From positions 1 to 27,195 of IMG/VR virus record IMGVR_UViG_3300037743_000272: 27,195 bases of DNA. One strand, given 5' to 3'. Source of the stretch: a virus. Lineage: Duplodnaviria > Caudoviricetes. Both the position numbers and the translations under genes were made by a program. This document shows positions 1-7,639 of the stretch, piece after piece; positions within the stretch are counted from its first letter, which is position 1; the number at the start of each line of letters is the position of its first letter. The notes under the pieces are model-generated. The model was not told the DNA's origin, did not search any database, and worked only from the letters and a program-made list of their open reading frames with translations.

Positions 1-2
1 TC

Positions 3-119
3 CCCGACCGCGACCCCTACCTGCTTCGGCCGATCCACGGCGACCTGTGCGCGGTCGTGGCCGAGTGGGATCTAACGCCACTAGAGAGGGCCGTGATGGC
101 CGACCGGGCGAGCCGGTGA
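3..119 (+). CDS. 3' end of a phage hypothetical protein (5'-truncated by window edge)
   Basis: Manual translation ...PDRDPYLLRPIHGDLCAVVAEWDLTPLERAVMADRASR*, TGA at 117-119. Protein-like composition; not in the ORF track because it has no start in the window. Confidence 0.65.
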   Translation, partial: PDRDPYLLRPIHGDLCAVVAEWDLTPLERAVMADRASR

Positions 120-202
120 ACGAGCCCATGCGATCCCGAAAACGGCTTACGTACGCCCTTCCCCCCACCCCCCTCCCCCGCGCCCCACCCCCACGAGGGT
201 GA
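116..202 (+). CDS. Putative 28-aa Pro/Arg-rich micro-ORF
   Basis: GTG at 116 overlaps the upstream stop (GTGA 116-119) and its TGA overlaps the next GTG (GTGA 199-202). Translation MNEPMRSRKRLTYALPPTPLPRAPPPRG. Confidence 0.35.
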   Translation: MNEPMRSRKRLTYALPPTPLPRAPPPRG

Positions 203-441
203 GCCCTGAGTCCACGTCCAACCACACTGAGCCGGCAACCGAGAGAATGCTACGCCACCTGAGTGATGTGATCACCGACATTCTAGCGGATCCCGAAATC
301 ACCGATGGCGCGCGGGAGGCTATCGAGGACGGAGTGTTCCGGCCTCATCGACATTGCCCCTGCGCGCGCTGCATGCGGGCGTACCTGGCGAGCGTGGCGG
401 CTGCGAAGGTCGAGCCACGTCAGCCGGCGGGGGCGAAGTGA
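199..441 (+). CDS. Hypothetical protein (80 aa, HxHCPCxxC motif)
   Basis: ORF track; its stop overlaps the GTG of the replication gene (GTGA 438-441). Start could also be ATG 247. Confidence 0.55.
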   Translation: MSPESTSNHTEPATERMLRHLSDVITDILADPEITDGAREAIEDGVFRPHRHCPCARCMRAYLASVAAAKVEPRQPAGAK

Positions 442-1253
442 GCGCATCCCGCTGGATCCGCCTGGATACGACATGGTCACAGTCGGAGTGGGTCGCCGCT
501 CTCGATCCAGAAGCGCGGCTCGCGTGGGTCGAGCTCCTATGCCACGTGAAGGCGCATGGCACCGCGGGGGCGGCCAAGAGGTTGGCGGCCCACATCGCCG
601 CGCGCGTTACGGGTGTTACGCGTAACGCCTTCGAAACGATGGAACGGGCGGCCATCGATGACGGTGCTCTCGTGGTCGATGAAGGCGAGTGGGTCATCAC
701 GGGTTGGTCGGACCGCCAAGTGGACCCTACGGCGGCAGAGCGTATGCGTAGATACCGTGAACGCCTGCAAGCACTTACAGAAGAACCCGCAAAACCTGTT
801 ACGCGTAACGACCGTAACGTTACGGCTGTTACGCCTACAGAGACAAAGACAGAGACAAAGACAACTACCTCGGTGCACAAGCGCACCGAGTTGGAATTTC
901 CGGTGAAGCCCAAGCAGTCGAGTGGGCAGTACGAGTACCCAGAACCGTTCGAACGAGCGTGGGCAGCGTACCCATCCCGTGACGGCTCCAATCCGAAAGT
1001 GGGCGCCTACAGCGCGTTCCGGTCGAGAGTCGCATCAGGCGCGGTACCAGACCAACTCGTGATCGCGGCAGAGCACTACTGCCAGCATTGCCAGTCCCGC
1101 GAGATCGAGGGCACGTCGTTCGTCCAGCAGGCCTCAACGTTCTGGGGGCCGAGTGAGCCGTGGCGAGAATTCGTCCAAGCTCCAGTGGCCAAGCGCGCCA
1201 ACGGCGCGAAGTGGGTCGAGATGCCGGGGTCGACCGGCAGGATCGAGCTATGA
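438..1253 (+). CDS. Phage replication initiator / replisome organiser (271 aa)
   Basis: N-terminal RWIRLD..W helical domain, AAERMRRYRER segment, low-complexity VTRN/TETKTET linker and C-terminal FERAWAAYP..K..A..F...FVQQASTFW domain, a layout typical of lambda O-like initiators. Directly upstream of a helicase. Start moved to GTG 438 (GTGA overlap). Confidence 0.8.
   Translation: MSASRWIRLDTTWSQSEWVAALDPEARLAWVELLCHVKAHGTAGAAKRLAAHIAARVTGVTRNAFETMERAAIDDGALVVDEGEWVITGWSDRQVDPTAAERMRRYRERLQALTEEPAKPVTRNDRNVTAVTPTETKTETKTTTSVHKRTELEFPVKPKQSSGQYEYPEPFERAWAAYPSRDGSNPKVGAYSAFRSRVASGAVPDQLVIAAEHYCQHCQSREIEGTSFVQQASTFWGPSEPWREFVQAPVAKRANGAKWVEMPGSTGRIEL
606..834. repeat. Iteron-like GTTACG/CGTAAC palindromic repeats, probable replication origin
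   Basis: TGTTACGCGTAACG occurs twice (614-627, 797-810); perfect 14-bp palindrome CCGTAACGTTACGG at 812-825; extra GTTACG half-sites at 606-611 and 828-833; followed by an A-rich AGACAAAGAC repeat at about 838-863. Confidence 0.7.
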
Positions 1254-2173
1254 CATGGCGCACCGAGGACATCCTAACGACGAGCGAGGCGATCGAGTAC
1301 GGCGCCTGGCTGATGGAGCGGCCCTCACGACCGCTCGGGACCGGCCTGCCCGCATGGGACGCTGTATGCGACGAGACGGGAGGAGCTGGACTCGGCGGCT
1401 GGTGGTACGTCGTGCTCGGTGGCGCTTCGAACGCCGGCAAGACGCAACTCATGCTGCACCTGGCTCGCCGGGCATCGGAGGCCGAGCTACTGCCGGGCGT
1501 GATCACAATGGAGATCCCGAAGCGTGGGCTACAGCGACGGGTGTACTCGAACGTGACCGCGTTCGGCTACTACGACTTCCTGCACCACCGATGGACGGAC
1601 GGCGACGCGAACGCGAAGGCAAATCTGCTCAAGGGCGAGATCGCCAAATACCGGCAATCCAACGGCGCGCTGCGCTCGCTGTATGTGATGGAACGGGACT
1701 CGGCGCCCACGCTCGACGAGATCATGGCCGGCTGCAGCGCGCTCTACGAGGCCGGCTCACGGGCGATCTTCGTCGACCACTTGCAGCTCATCAAGGCGCC
1801 GGCGGACCAGATCAGCGACCGCGCAACCGAGATCAGCGAGGCGCTCCGCTGGTTCGCGCACTCCCAAAAGTGCCTCGTCGTCGCGCTCTCCCAACTCAAC
1901 CGCATGGCGTCACGAGAGCGCGACCGGCGCCCGACGATGCACGACCTGTGGGGCGGAACAGCGATCGAATCGAACGCGAACCAGGTCATCCTGCTCGACC
2001 ACTCGAGGCAGCAGAGGGACGCGATGCATTCGCACCTGCTCAAGACATGGCTCTATCTCGACAAGAACCGCGAAGGCCCCAACCGCGTGCTGATCCCCGT
2101 GGAGGCCAACTTCAAGACCGGGGAGTGGCGCGAGGCGGATCCCGACGAGGTAGGCAGATGGCCGGACGCATAA
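1250..2173 (+). CDS. dnaB: DnaB-like (SF4) replicative helicase, C-terminal ATPase domain only (307 aa)
   Basis: Walker A GASNAGKT, ITME (cf. FSLEM), Walker B IFVDHLQLI, VVALSQLNR, RPTMHDL..G.AIE.NA, LDKNREGP (cf. IAKQRNGP). ATGA overlap at 1250-1253. Confidence 0.9.
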   Translation: MTWRTEDILTTSEAIEYGAWLMERPSRPLGTGLPAWDAVCDETGGAGLGGWWYVVLGGASNAGKTQLMLHLARRASEAELLPGVITMEIPKRGLQRRVYSNVTAFGYYDFLHHRWTDGDANAKANLLKGEIAKYRQSNGALRSLYVMERDSAPTLDEIMAGCSALYEAGSRAIFVDHLQLIKAPADQISDRATEISEALRWFAHSQKCLVVALSQLNRMASRERDRRPTMHDLWGGTAIESNANQVILLDHSRQQRDAMHSHLLKTWLYLDKNREGPNRVLIPVEANFKTGEWREADPDEVGRWPDA

Positions 2174-2189
2174 ACCACCGGAGGTTTGT

Positions 2190-2315
2190 ATGAGCAACGA
2201 CAGACGTCGGATCAGGGCGCACCCGACCACCTACGCAGGCCAGCGGTTCAGGTCACGTCTCGAAGAAAGTGCGGGGCCGCGCTGCCAGAAGCGGGTGCGC
2301 CCCGTTGAGCGTTGA
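2190..2315 (+). pseudogene. Truncated remnant of a phage PD-(D/E)XK-type nuclease-like gene (41 codons)
   Basis: GGAGG at 2180-2184 then ATG 2190: MSNDRRRIRAHPTTYAGQRFRSRLE-ESAGPRCQKRVRPVER*. I.A..T.Y.G..FRSRLE is the N-terminus of a common phage family that normally continues ARWA.FFD; here it breaks off right after RSRLE. Confidence 0.55.
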
Positions 2316-2341
2316 CCTGGACGTGCCTAATGCCGTACGTT
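2312..2341 (+). promoter_or_regulatory. Putative sigma70-type promoter for the packaging operon
   Basis: TTGACC (2312-2317), 18-nt spacer, TACGTT (2336-2341), at the replication/late boundary. Confidence 0.4.
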
Positions 2342-2355
2342 TGCGGGACATCGCA

Positions 2356-2589
2356 GTGAGTAGCCCACGTGGCTCAGCGTCGGGAGCAACCCCGGCCCTG
2401 GGCCACGAGTCGTTTCAGCCCAAGCCGATCGAGTGCCGCGACTGCGGACGCCCGATCGGAGGAGTCGCAGCAGACGTGCAGACCACCGGCCGCACCCGGA
2501 TGCATTGGACCGAGCTCGAACCAGGCGAGCACGGTGCTTGGTGCAAGGATTGCTCGGTGCTGACCGTGTACGTCACGGAGGCGGTGTAG
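2356..2589 (+). CDS. Small zinc-ribbon protein (Mu Com-like spacing, about 77 aa)
   Basis: IECRDCGRPIG ... AWCKDCSVLTVY: two CxxC knuckles. Same frame as track ORF 2269..2589; start uncertain (GTG 2356 chosen because it lies downstream of the promoter). Confidence 0.65.
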   Translation: MSSPRGSASGATPALGHESFQPKPIECRDCGRPIGGVAADVQTTGRTRMHWTELEPGEHGAWCKDCSVLTVYVTEAV

Positions 2590-2590
2590 G

Positions 2591-3016
2591 GTGAAGTACT
2601 GCCCCGAGCCTGGGTGCTCAGCCAAGGTGTTGCGTGGCAGGTGCGCCGAACATGAGCGCTCACGAGAGAGGGGTCGTCGCGAACGGCGTGGCCCGAGGCC
2701 CTACGACCGCCGGGCTTGGAAGCGGCTTCGTGCCCGAAAGCTCGCGGCCGACCCGTGGTGCCAGATGCGCACGCTCTGCGTTAGGGCCGAGGCTACCGAG
2801 GTCCACCACGTAGACGGGGATGGCTGGAACTTAGCGTGGGCCAACCTGCAATCGGCCTGCAAGCCATGCCATTCAGCGCACACGGCACGTGAGCAGTCCG
2901 GGTTTACCGACCGGGCCGCGGCCAACGAAAAACGGATTTCTTTCAGGCCCCATCGCTCGACGACCGCTCCCAAGGCAAAAAATCGTGCAAACGATTCGTG
3001 GTTCGGGAGTTCCTGA
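2591..3016 (+). CDS. Terminase-associated HNH endonuclease (HK97 gp74-like)
   Basis: N-terminal CPEPGC...CAEH, Y..R.WKRLR, PWC, ATEVHH...NLQSACKPCHSAHT; immediately upstream of terS. Confidence 0.92.
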   Translation: MKYCPEPGCSAKVLRGRCAEHERSRERGRRERRGPRPYDRRAWKRLRARKLAADPWCQMRTLCVRAEATEVHHVDGDGWNLAWANLQSACKPCHSAHTAREQSGFTDRAAANEKRISFRPHRSTTAPKAKNRANDSWFGSS

Positions 3017-3414
3017 TGCCAAAGCGTCGGACGTCGAACGCGATGAAGGTCTTACGCGGCACGGCCACGCCAGCGCGGATGCGCGACGAGCCTAAGTTCC
3101 CGGACGTGACGGTAGCGCCGGAGCCACCGGACTGGTTGGTGGATCCTGAAGCGGTGAGGGAGTGGAACCACAAGGCCAAGCTTCTGACGGATGCAGGGGT
3201 GTTGAACGAGGCGGCGTTGAGCCAGCTCGGGCACTACTGCAACATGCACGCGAAGGCGGTGCAGAAGTGGCGGCTCGGTTCGGAGCCTACGGCCGCGGAA
3301 CAGACGCAGCTCCGTATGATGGCCACCGAGTTCGGGTTCACGCCGGCGTCGAAATCCAAGGTGGGCGGCGGCAAGAGTGGCGAGAAGAACGCCTTCGCGG
3401 AGTTGGTTGGGTGA
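3016..3414 (+). CDS. terS: Terminase small subunit, P27 family (132 aa)
   Basis: KVLRGT N-terminus, PPDWL..EA..EW, L..YC, EFGFTPASKSKV; TGATG overlap with HNH; RBS-like GGGAG upstream. Confidence 0.93.
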   Translation: MPKRRTSNAMKVLRGTATPARMRDEPKFPDVTVAPEPPDWLVDPEAVREWNHKAKLLTDAGVLNEAALSQLGHYCNMHAKAVQKWRLGSEPTAAEQTQLRMMATEFGFTPASKSKVGGGKSGEKNAFAELVG

Positions 3415-5066
3415 CGTTCGCCGAGCGAGCGCACGAATACGCGCGGGACGTGGTGGATGGCCGGATCCTCGCCTGCAAGTGGGTCCGGCTCGCGTGCGAG
3501 CGGCACTTACGTGACATGGAGCGGCAAGGCACGGAGGCGTTCCCGTACACGTTCGACGAAGGCAGGGCCCAGAAGGTTTGCACGTTCCTGGAGCTGCTGC
3601 CCCACGTAAAGGGTCGGTGGGCGCGCGAAAGGCAGCTTTTCGAGCTGGAATCCTGGGAAATCTTCATCGAAGCATCGATTTTCGGGTGGGTCCGGCCGGA
3701 TGGCACGCGACGGTTCCGTAAGGCCTCGATCTACGTGCCCCGCAAGAACGGCAAGAGCTTCAAGGCAGCAGGCAACGGCGTGTACATGTTCGCGGCCGAC
3801 GGCGAGCCGGGGGCCGAGGTCTACTCGGGCGCGTCGAACGAGAAGCAGGCGTGGGAGGTGTTCCGGCCCGCAAAGCAGATGGTCGCCCGCTCGCCAGACC
3901 TCGTGGCGGCGGCCGGAATCGAGGTGAACGCGAAGACGCTCGTACGCCTCAAGGACGAGAGCAAGTTCGAGCCGGTTATCGGCAAGCCGGGCGACGGCGC
4001 CTCACCGCACTGTGCGATCATCGACGAGTATCACGAGCACCAGAGTCCGGACCAGTACGACACGATGCTCACTGGCATGGGCGCGCGGGAGCAACCGCTG
4101 ATGTTGGTGATCTCAACGGCTGGCGACGACATCGAAGGCCCGTGCTACGACGACTGGCGCACGGTCGAGCGCGTGCTCGAGGGCGTGATCGAAGACGAAG
4201 AGCATTTCGGCATTATCTACACGGTCGATCAGGACGACGACTGGAGTGACCCGGTCGCGCTGGAGAAGGCGAACCCGAACATCGGCGTCAGCGTCGCTCG
4301 CGACTTCCTGCTCGCGCGCCAACGCGAGGCCGTCCAGAACGCGCGTCACCAGTACAGATTCAAGATCAAGCATCTCAACTTGTGGGTGTCGTCCCGGGGC
4401 GCGTTCTACAACACGCAGCGCTGGACAGGGCTCGGCGACGCCGCAATATGCCTCGACGAGTTGGGGGGCCGTGACTGCTACCTCGGCCTCGACTTGGCGT
4501 CAAAGGTTGATCTTGCCGCGATGGGCCTACTGTTTCCACCCGAAGACGAAGGGCCGTGGACGTTCTTGCCGCGGTTCTATTTGCCCGAGCAGCGGCTAGA
4601 GGACCCCGAGGCAGACCGCTATCGGGGCTGGGCCGAGGACGGCCATGTGGTCGTTACGGACGGGACCAAGATTGACCTGCAGCGCATCCAGGACGACGTG
4701 GGCGAGTTGGCCAGCCAGGTTCACGTGCTCGGCGTCGCGTACGACCCGTGGCAGGCTGCGCAACTCGCGGGCAACCTCGAGCGGGACGGGCTGATGGTCG
4801 TCGAGTTCCGCCAGACCGTGCAGATGATGTCTGAGCCGATGAAGGAGTCGGAGGCGCTGATCTTGTCGGGAGGCATCCGGCACGACGGCAATCCGGTCAT
4901 GGCTTGGATGATCAGCAACGTGGTCGCGAAGACGGACGCGAAGGACAATGTGTACCCGCGAAAAGAGCGGGAGCGGGACAAGATAGACGGCCCGGTGGCA
5001 CTCATTATGGCGCTTGGGATGGCGATCCGTGAAGAGGCCAAGCCGCGGCTCGGATGGCTCCTCTAA
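3411..5066 (+). CDS. terL: Terminase large subunit (551 aa)
   Basis: Walker A VPRKNGKS, Walker B CAIIDEYHEH, coupling motif ISTAG, nuclease motifs GLDLAS, YDPW, KIDGPVALIMA; GTGA overlap at 3411-3414. Confidence 0.97.
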   Translation: MTFAERAHEYARDVVDGRILACKWVRLACERHLRDMERQGTEAFPYTFDEGRAQKVCTFLELLPHVKGRWARERQLFELESWEIFIEASIFGWVRPDGTRRFRKASIYVPRKNGKSFKAAGNGVYMFAADGEPGAEVYSGASNEKQAWEVFRPAKQMVARSPDLVAAAGIEVNAKTLVRLKDESKFEPVIGKPGDGASPHCAIIDEYHEHQSPDQYDTMLTGMGAREQPLMLVISTAGDDIEGPCYDDWRTVERVLEGVIEDEEHFGIIYTVDQDDDWSDPVALEKANPNIGVSVARDFLLARQREAVQNARHQYRFKIKHLNLWVSSRGAFYNTQRWTGLGDAAICLDELGGRDCYLGLDLASKVDLAAMGLLFPPEDEGPWTFLPRFYLPEQRLEDPEADRYRGWAEDGHVVVTDGTKIDLQRIQDDVGELASQVHVLGVAYDPWQAAQLAGNLERDGLMVVEFRQTVQMMSEPMKESEALILSGGIRHDGNPVMAWMISNVVAKTDAKDNVYPRKERERDKIDGPVALIMALGMAIREEAKPRLGWLL

Positions 5067-5085
5067 CCTCCGAGGGAATCAACCC

Positions 5086-5304
5086 ATGAGTACGACCGCA
5101 CTACCGACCGAAGACCGCCCGATCCGGATGGCCCCCGAGCTGGCGGCCGAGGTCGAGAAGATTTTGAAGCCGCTGAAGGGCAGGGACCTCGATGCTGGCC
5201 GTTCGGCCGTGACGCGCGTCTATCGCTCAGGCATGGCGGGCGGCTTCGGCGATCTCGTCGCTGCGTACCGTGAGGCGATCGAGGAGGCGGTCACGGCGCC
5301 GTGA
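5086..5304 (+). CDS. Hypothetical protein (72 aa) between terL and portal
   Basis: GAGGG RBS then ATG 5086; stop overlaps the portal GTG. Confidence 0.6.
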   Translation: MSTTALPTEDRPIRMAPELAAEVEKILKPLKGRDLDAGRSAVTRVYRSGMAGGFGDLVAAYREAIEEAVTAP

Positions 5305-6698
5305 GCCCGTTCCAGTTGCTCCGTGCCTCTGTTAGCCGTTGGCTGGCGGGCAAGAAAGCGCTGACTTTCGTGTCGGTCGACGGCCAGGTCGACGGCTTCG
5401 ATCACGGCCTGCCTCGCACCCGTTATCCGTATGGGCGGGACGTGAGGGGTGGGCTCGATTCAAACGTCGTCATGGCGCCGGTCAACTGGATCATCCGCAA
5501 CTTCACGGAAGCCGAGTTGCGGATGCAGCGGCGCACCGCTGGCATGTGGGACCCTGTCGAAGACCATCCCGTCGTCGAGCTCGTCGATCGCCCGACGCCG
5601 TTCTACGACGGCGACCTACTCTGGAAGGCGACGCTCGTCAGCTACACGCTCGACGGCAACGCGTACTGGCTCAAGATCAGGAACGCATTCGGCGAGGTCG
5701 TGCAGCTTTGGTACATCCCGCACTTCCTGATCCGTCCCGAGTTCCCGCGCGACGGCTCGACCTTCATTAGCCACTACCAGTACACGCCCGAGTTCGGCAG
5801 TGCGCCCCACAACCTGCCTGTCGACGACATAGTGCATTTCCGGTTCGGGCTCGACCCGCGGAACGTGCGCATCGGCCTGTCACCGTTGAAGCCGCTGCTC
5901 CGTGAGGTGTTCACGGACGAGGAGGCGTCGAACTTCAGCGCATCCATCCTGCGCAACATGGGGGTCCCCGGCGGCATCATCGCCCCGAAGGACGTATCCG
6001 CGCTGCCCTCGAAAGAAGACGTCGAAGCGATGAAGGCGTACATGCGCTCCGGCTTCACGGGCGACAAGCGTGGCGAGTGGTTGGTGCTCGGCACGCCTAC
6101 GGAGACAGCGCAATTCGGGTTCGACCCCCAACAGCTCATGTTAGGGAACCTGCGCGACATCGCCGAGGAGCGCGTGTGCGCCGTGCTCGGTATTCCTGCC
6201 GCGGTCGTCGGGTTCGGTGCCGGCCTCCAGCAGACGAAGGTCGGCGCGACGATGAAGGAACTGCGCCGGCTCGCGTGGACCTCGTGCCTCCAGCCGATGC
6301 AACGCACGCTGGCCCGTCAGCTCACGTCGTCGCTGGTGCCGGAGTTCATGAGCCAGTCACGCCGTTTCCGTCTCTCGTTCGACGTGTCTCAGGTGCCGGC
6401 GTTCCAGGAAGAGGAGACCGAGCAGGCCCGGCGGATCACGCTCCTGGTCGAGAAGGGCGTGCTACGCGTCGACAAGGCGCAGGAGAAGCTCGGCCTAGAG
6501 GTCGACCCCAGCCAGGCCGTGTACCTGCGCCCATCGAGTGTGGTCGCGGTCGCGGAAGGCGACGCGGGCATCGTCGAGCCTGTGCCGCCGACCGAACCGG
6601 GCGCTCCGGGCGACGACGGCGAAGGGGACGACGCCATGGCCGCCGGCAAGAATCGCGTGCGTGGACACCTCAAAGGCACCAACGGTCGGAGGGAGTGA
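5301..6698 (+). CDS. Portal protein, HK97 family
   Basis: HP...L..RP, LDGNAYW, DIVHFR, GLSPL, N.G.PGGII, ERVCAVLGIP..VVG; position after terL. Confidence 0.95.
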   Translation: MSPFQLLRASVSRWLAGKKALTFVSVDGQVDGFDHGLPRTRYPYGRDVRGGLDSNVVMAPVNWIIRNFTEAELRMQRRTAGMWDPVEDHPVVELVDRPTPFYDGDLLWKATLVSYTLDGNAYWLKIRNAFGEVVQLWYIPHFLIRPEFPRDGSTFISHYQYTPEFGSAPHNLPVDDIVHFRFGLDPRNVRIGLSPLKPLLREVFTDEEASNFSASILRNMGVPGGIIAPKDVSALPSKEDVEAMKAYMRSGFTGDKRGEWLVLGTPTETAQFGFDPQQLMLGNLRDIAEERVCAVLGIPAAVVGFGAGLQQTKVGATMKELRRLAWTSCLQPMQRTLARQLTSSLVPEFMSQSRRFRLSFDVSQVPAFQEEETEQARRITLLVEKGVLRVDKAQEKLGLEVDPSQAVYLRPSSVVAVAEGDAGIVEPVPPTEPGAPGDDGEGDDAMAAGKNRVRGHLKGTNGRRE

Positions 6699-6700
6699 GC

Positions 6701-7306
6701 ATGGAAAAGAAGACGGTTCACGTCGAGATCAAGAACGAAGCGGAGGGCGTCGTGCGGGCGCGGTTCGCGACGCTCGGCGTCAAGGATCTCGACGGTGACG
6801 TGACCGAGAAAGGCGCGTTTGGTAAGCAGCGCGTGAAGGTGTCGGCGTTCAATCATTCGTCATGGGGCCACGGTCTCCCGGTCGGCATCGGCGAGATCAG
6901 CGAGAAGGGCGACGAGGCGATCGCCGAGTTGCGATTCTTCATGGACACGACGCACGGACGCGACCATTTCGAGACCGTCAAGGGCCTCGGCGAGCTCGGC
7001 GAGTGGTCGTACGGTTTCGACGTCGCCGAGTCACGTCAGCCGGACGAGGACGAGCGCCAAAAGGGCATCCGTCGTGTGCTCAAACAGGTGAAGGTCTTCG
7101 AGGTCAGTCCCGTGCTCCGTGGGGCGGGCGTAGCGACCGCCACGCTCGGCGTGAAGTGCGACGCGTGCGCGGCGAAGGCTGAGCTGGAGGAGGGGGCACA
7201 GGAGGGGGTGGACAAGTCAGCGGCCGATCCGCCGGAGTTACGCGCCGAGATCGAGGCCGAGGTCGCGAGGGCGCGTGAACTGCTGGAACGGGCCTCCGAG
7301 GCATGA
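6701..7306 (+). CDS. HK97-type prohead maturation protease (201 aa)
   Basis: DLDGDV..KGAF, FNH (catalytic His), WSYGF (catalytic Ser), FEVSPV; GGGAG RBS and ATG 6701. Confidence 0.93.
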   Translation: MEKKTVHVEIKNEAEGVVRARFATLGVKDLDGDVTEKGAFGKQRVKVSAFNHSSWGHGLPVGIGEISEKGDEAIAELRFFMDTTHGRDHFETVKGLGELGEWSYGFDVAESRQPDEDERQKGIRRVLKQVKVFEVSPVLRGAGVATATLGVKCDACAAKAELEEGAQEGVDKSAADPPELRAEIEAEVARARELLERASEA

Positions 7307-7512
7307 GTGAGACCACGCTCCGTTGCAAGCGGTGCGACTACTGGCTGGGTGAATCCGCCGTGCCCGTCATCGTCGTCGCGCTTGTGAAACGAAGCGAAGA
7401 GGTGACGATCTCGGCGCCGCGCGACCTGCGTATCTGCGGCGGCTGCAAGAGCGTGAACGTGCTGGTGCCGATCGCGGACATTGACAGGCTGCGGGCGGTC
7501 GTGGTAGCATAG
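7303..7512 (+). CDS. Small zinc-ribbon protein, Mu Com-like (69 aa)
   Basis: LRCKRCDYWLG ... RICGGCKSVN matches the Com-type pattern hRC..C...L ... I.C..C...N; ATGA overlap with the protease. Confidence 0.75.
   Translation: MSETTLRCKRCDYWLGESAVPVIVVALVKRSEEVTISAPRDLRICGGCKSVNVLVPIADIDRLRAVVVA
7481..7510 (+). promoter_or_regulatory. Putative sigma70 promoter for the capsid operon, inside the 3' end of the Zn-ribbon gene
   Basis: Perfect TTGACA (7481-7486), 18-nt spacer, extended -10 TGgTAGCAT (7502-7510). Confidence 0.6.
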
Positions 7513-7554
7513 GTCTGTAACGACGGCCCACTTGACGGCTGAGGGTTAGCCAGT

Positions 7555-7604
7555 ACGCGGCCAGACGGTGCAAATACCGCACCGGCTCGGCCGCGTTTTC
7601 TGTT
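7555..7604 (+). terminator. Terminator/attenuator-like hairpin in the capsid leader
   Basis: ACGCGGCC (7555-7562) pairs with GGCCGCGT (7589-7596); inner stem CGGTGC (7566-7571) with GCACCG (7579-7584); followed by TTTCTGTT. Confidence 0.5.
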
Positions 7605-7639
7605 CTACCCGGCCACCGGTGCTCACACGGGGGGCCGGA

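Noticed and set aside
1153-2193. 346-aa alternative-frame ORF over the helicase
   Set aside because: Arg/Gly/Pro-rich off-frame product without motifs; the helicase frame carries all SF4 motifs.
2977-2983. A AAA AAT heptamer in the HNH frame whose -1 frame leads into terS (possible HNH-TerS fusion)
   Set aside because: Weak slippery sequence in bacteria, no clear stimulator, terS has its own RBS and TGATG coupling; the A-tract is better explained as part of the packaging site.
7513-7639. tRNA or known riboswitch in the capsid leader
   Set aside because: No cloverleaf, T-loop or recognisable aptamer consensus; kept only as a structured leader. An Rfam scan was not possible.
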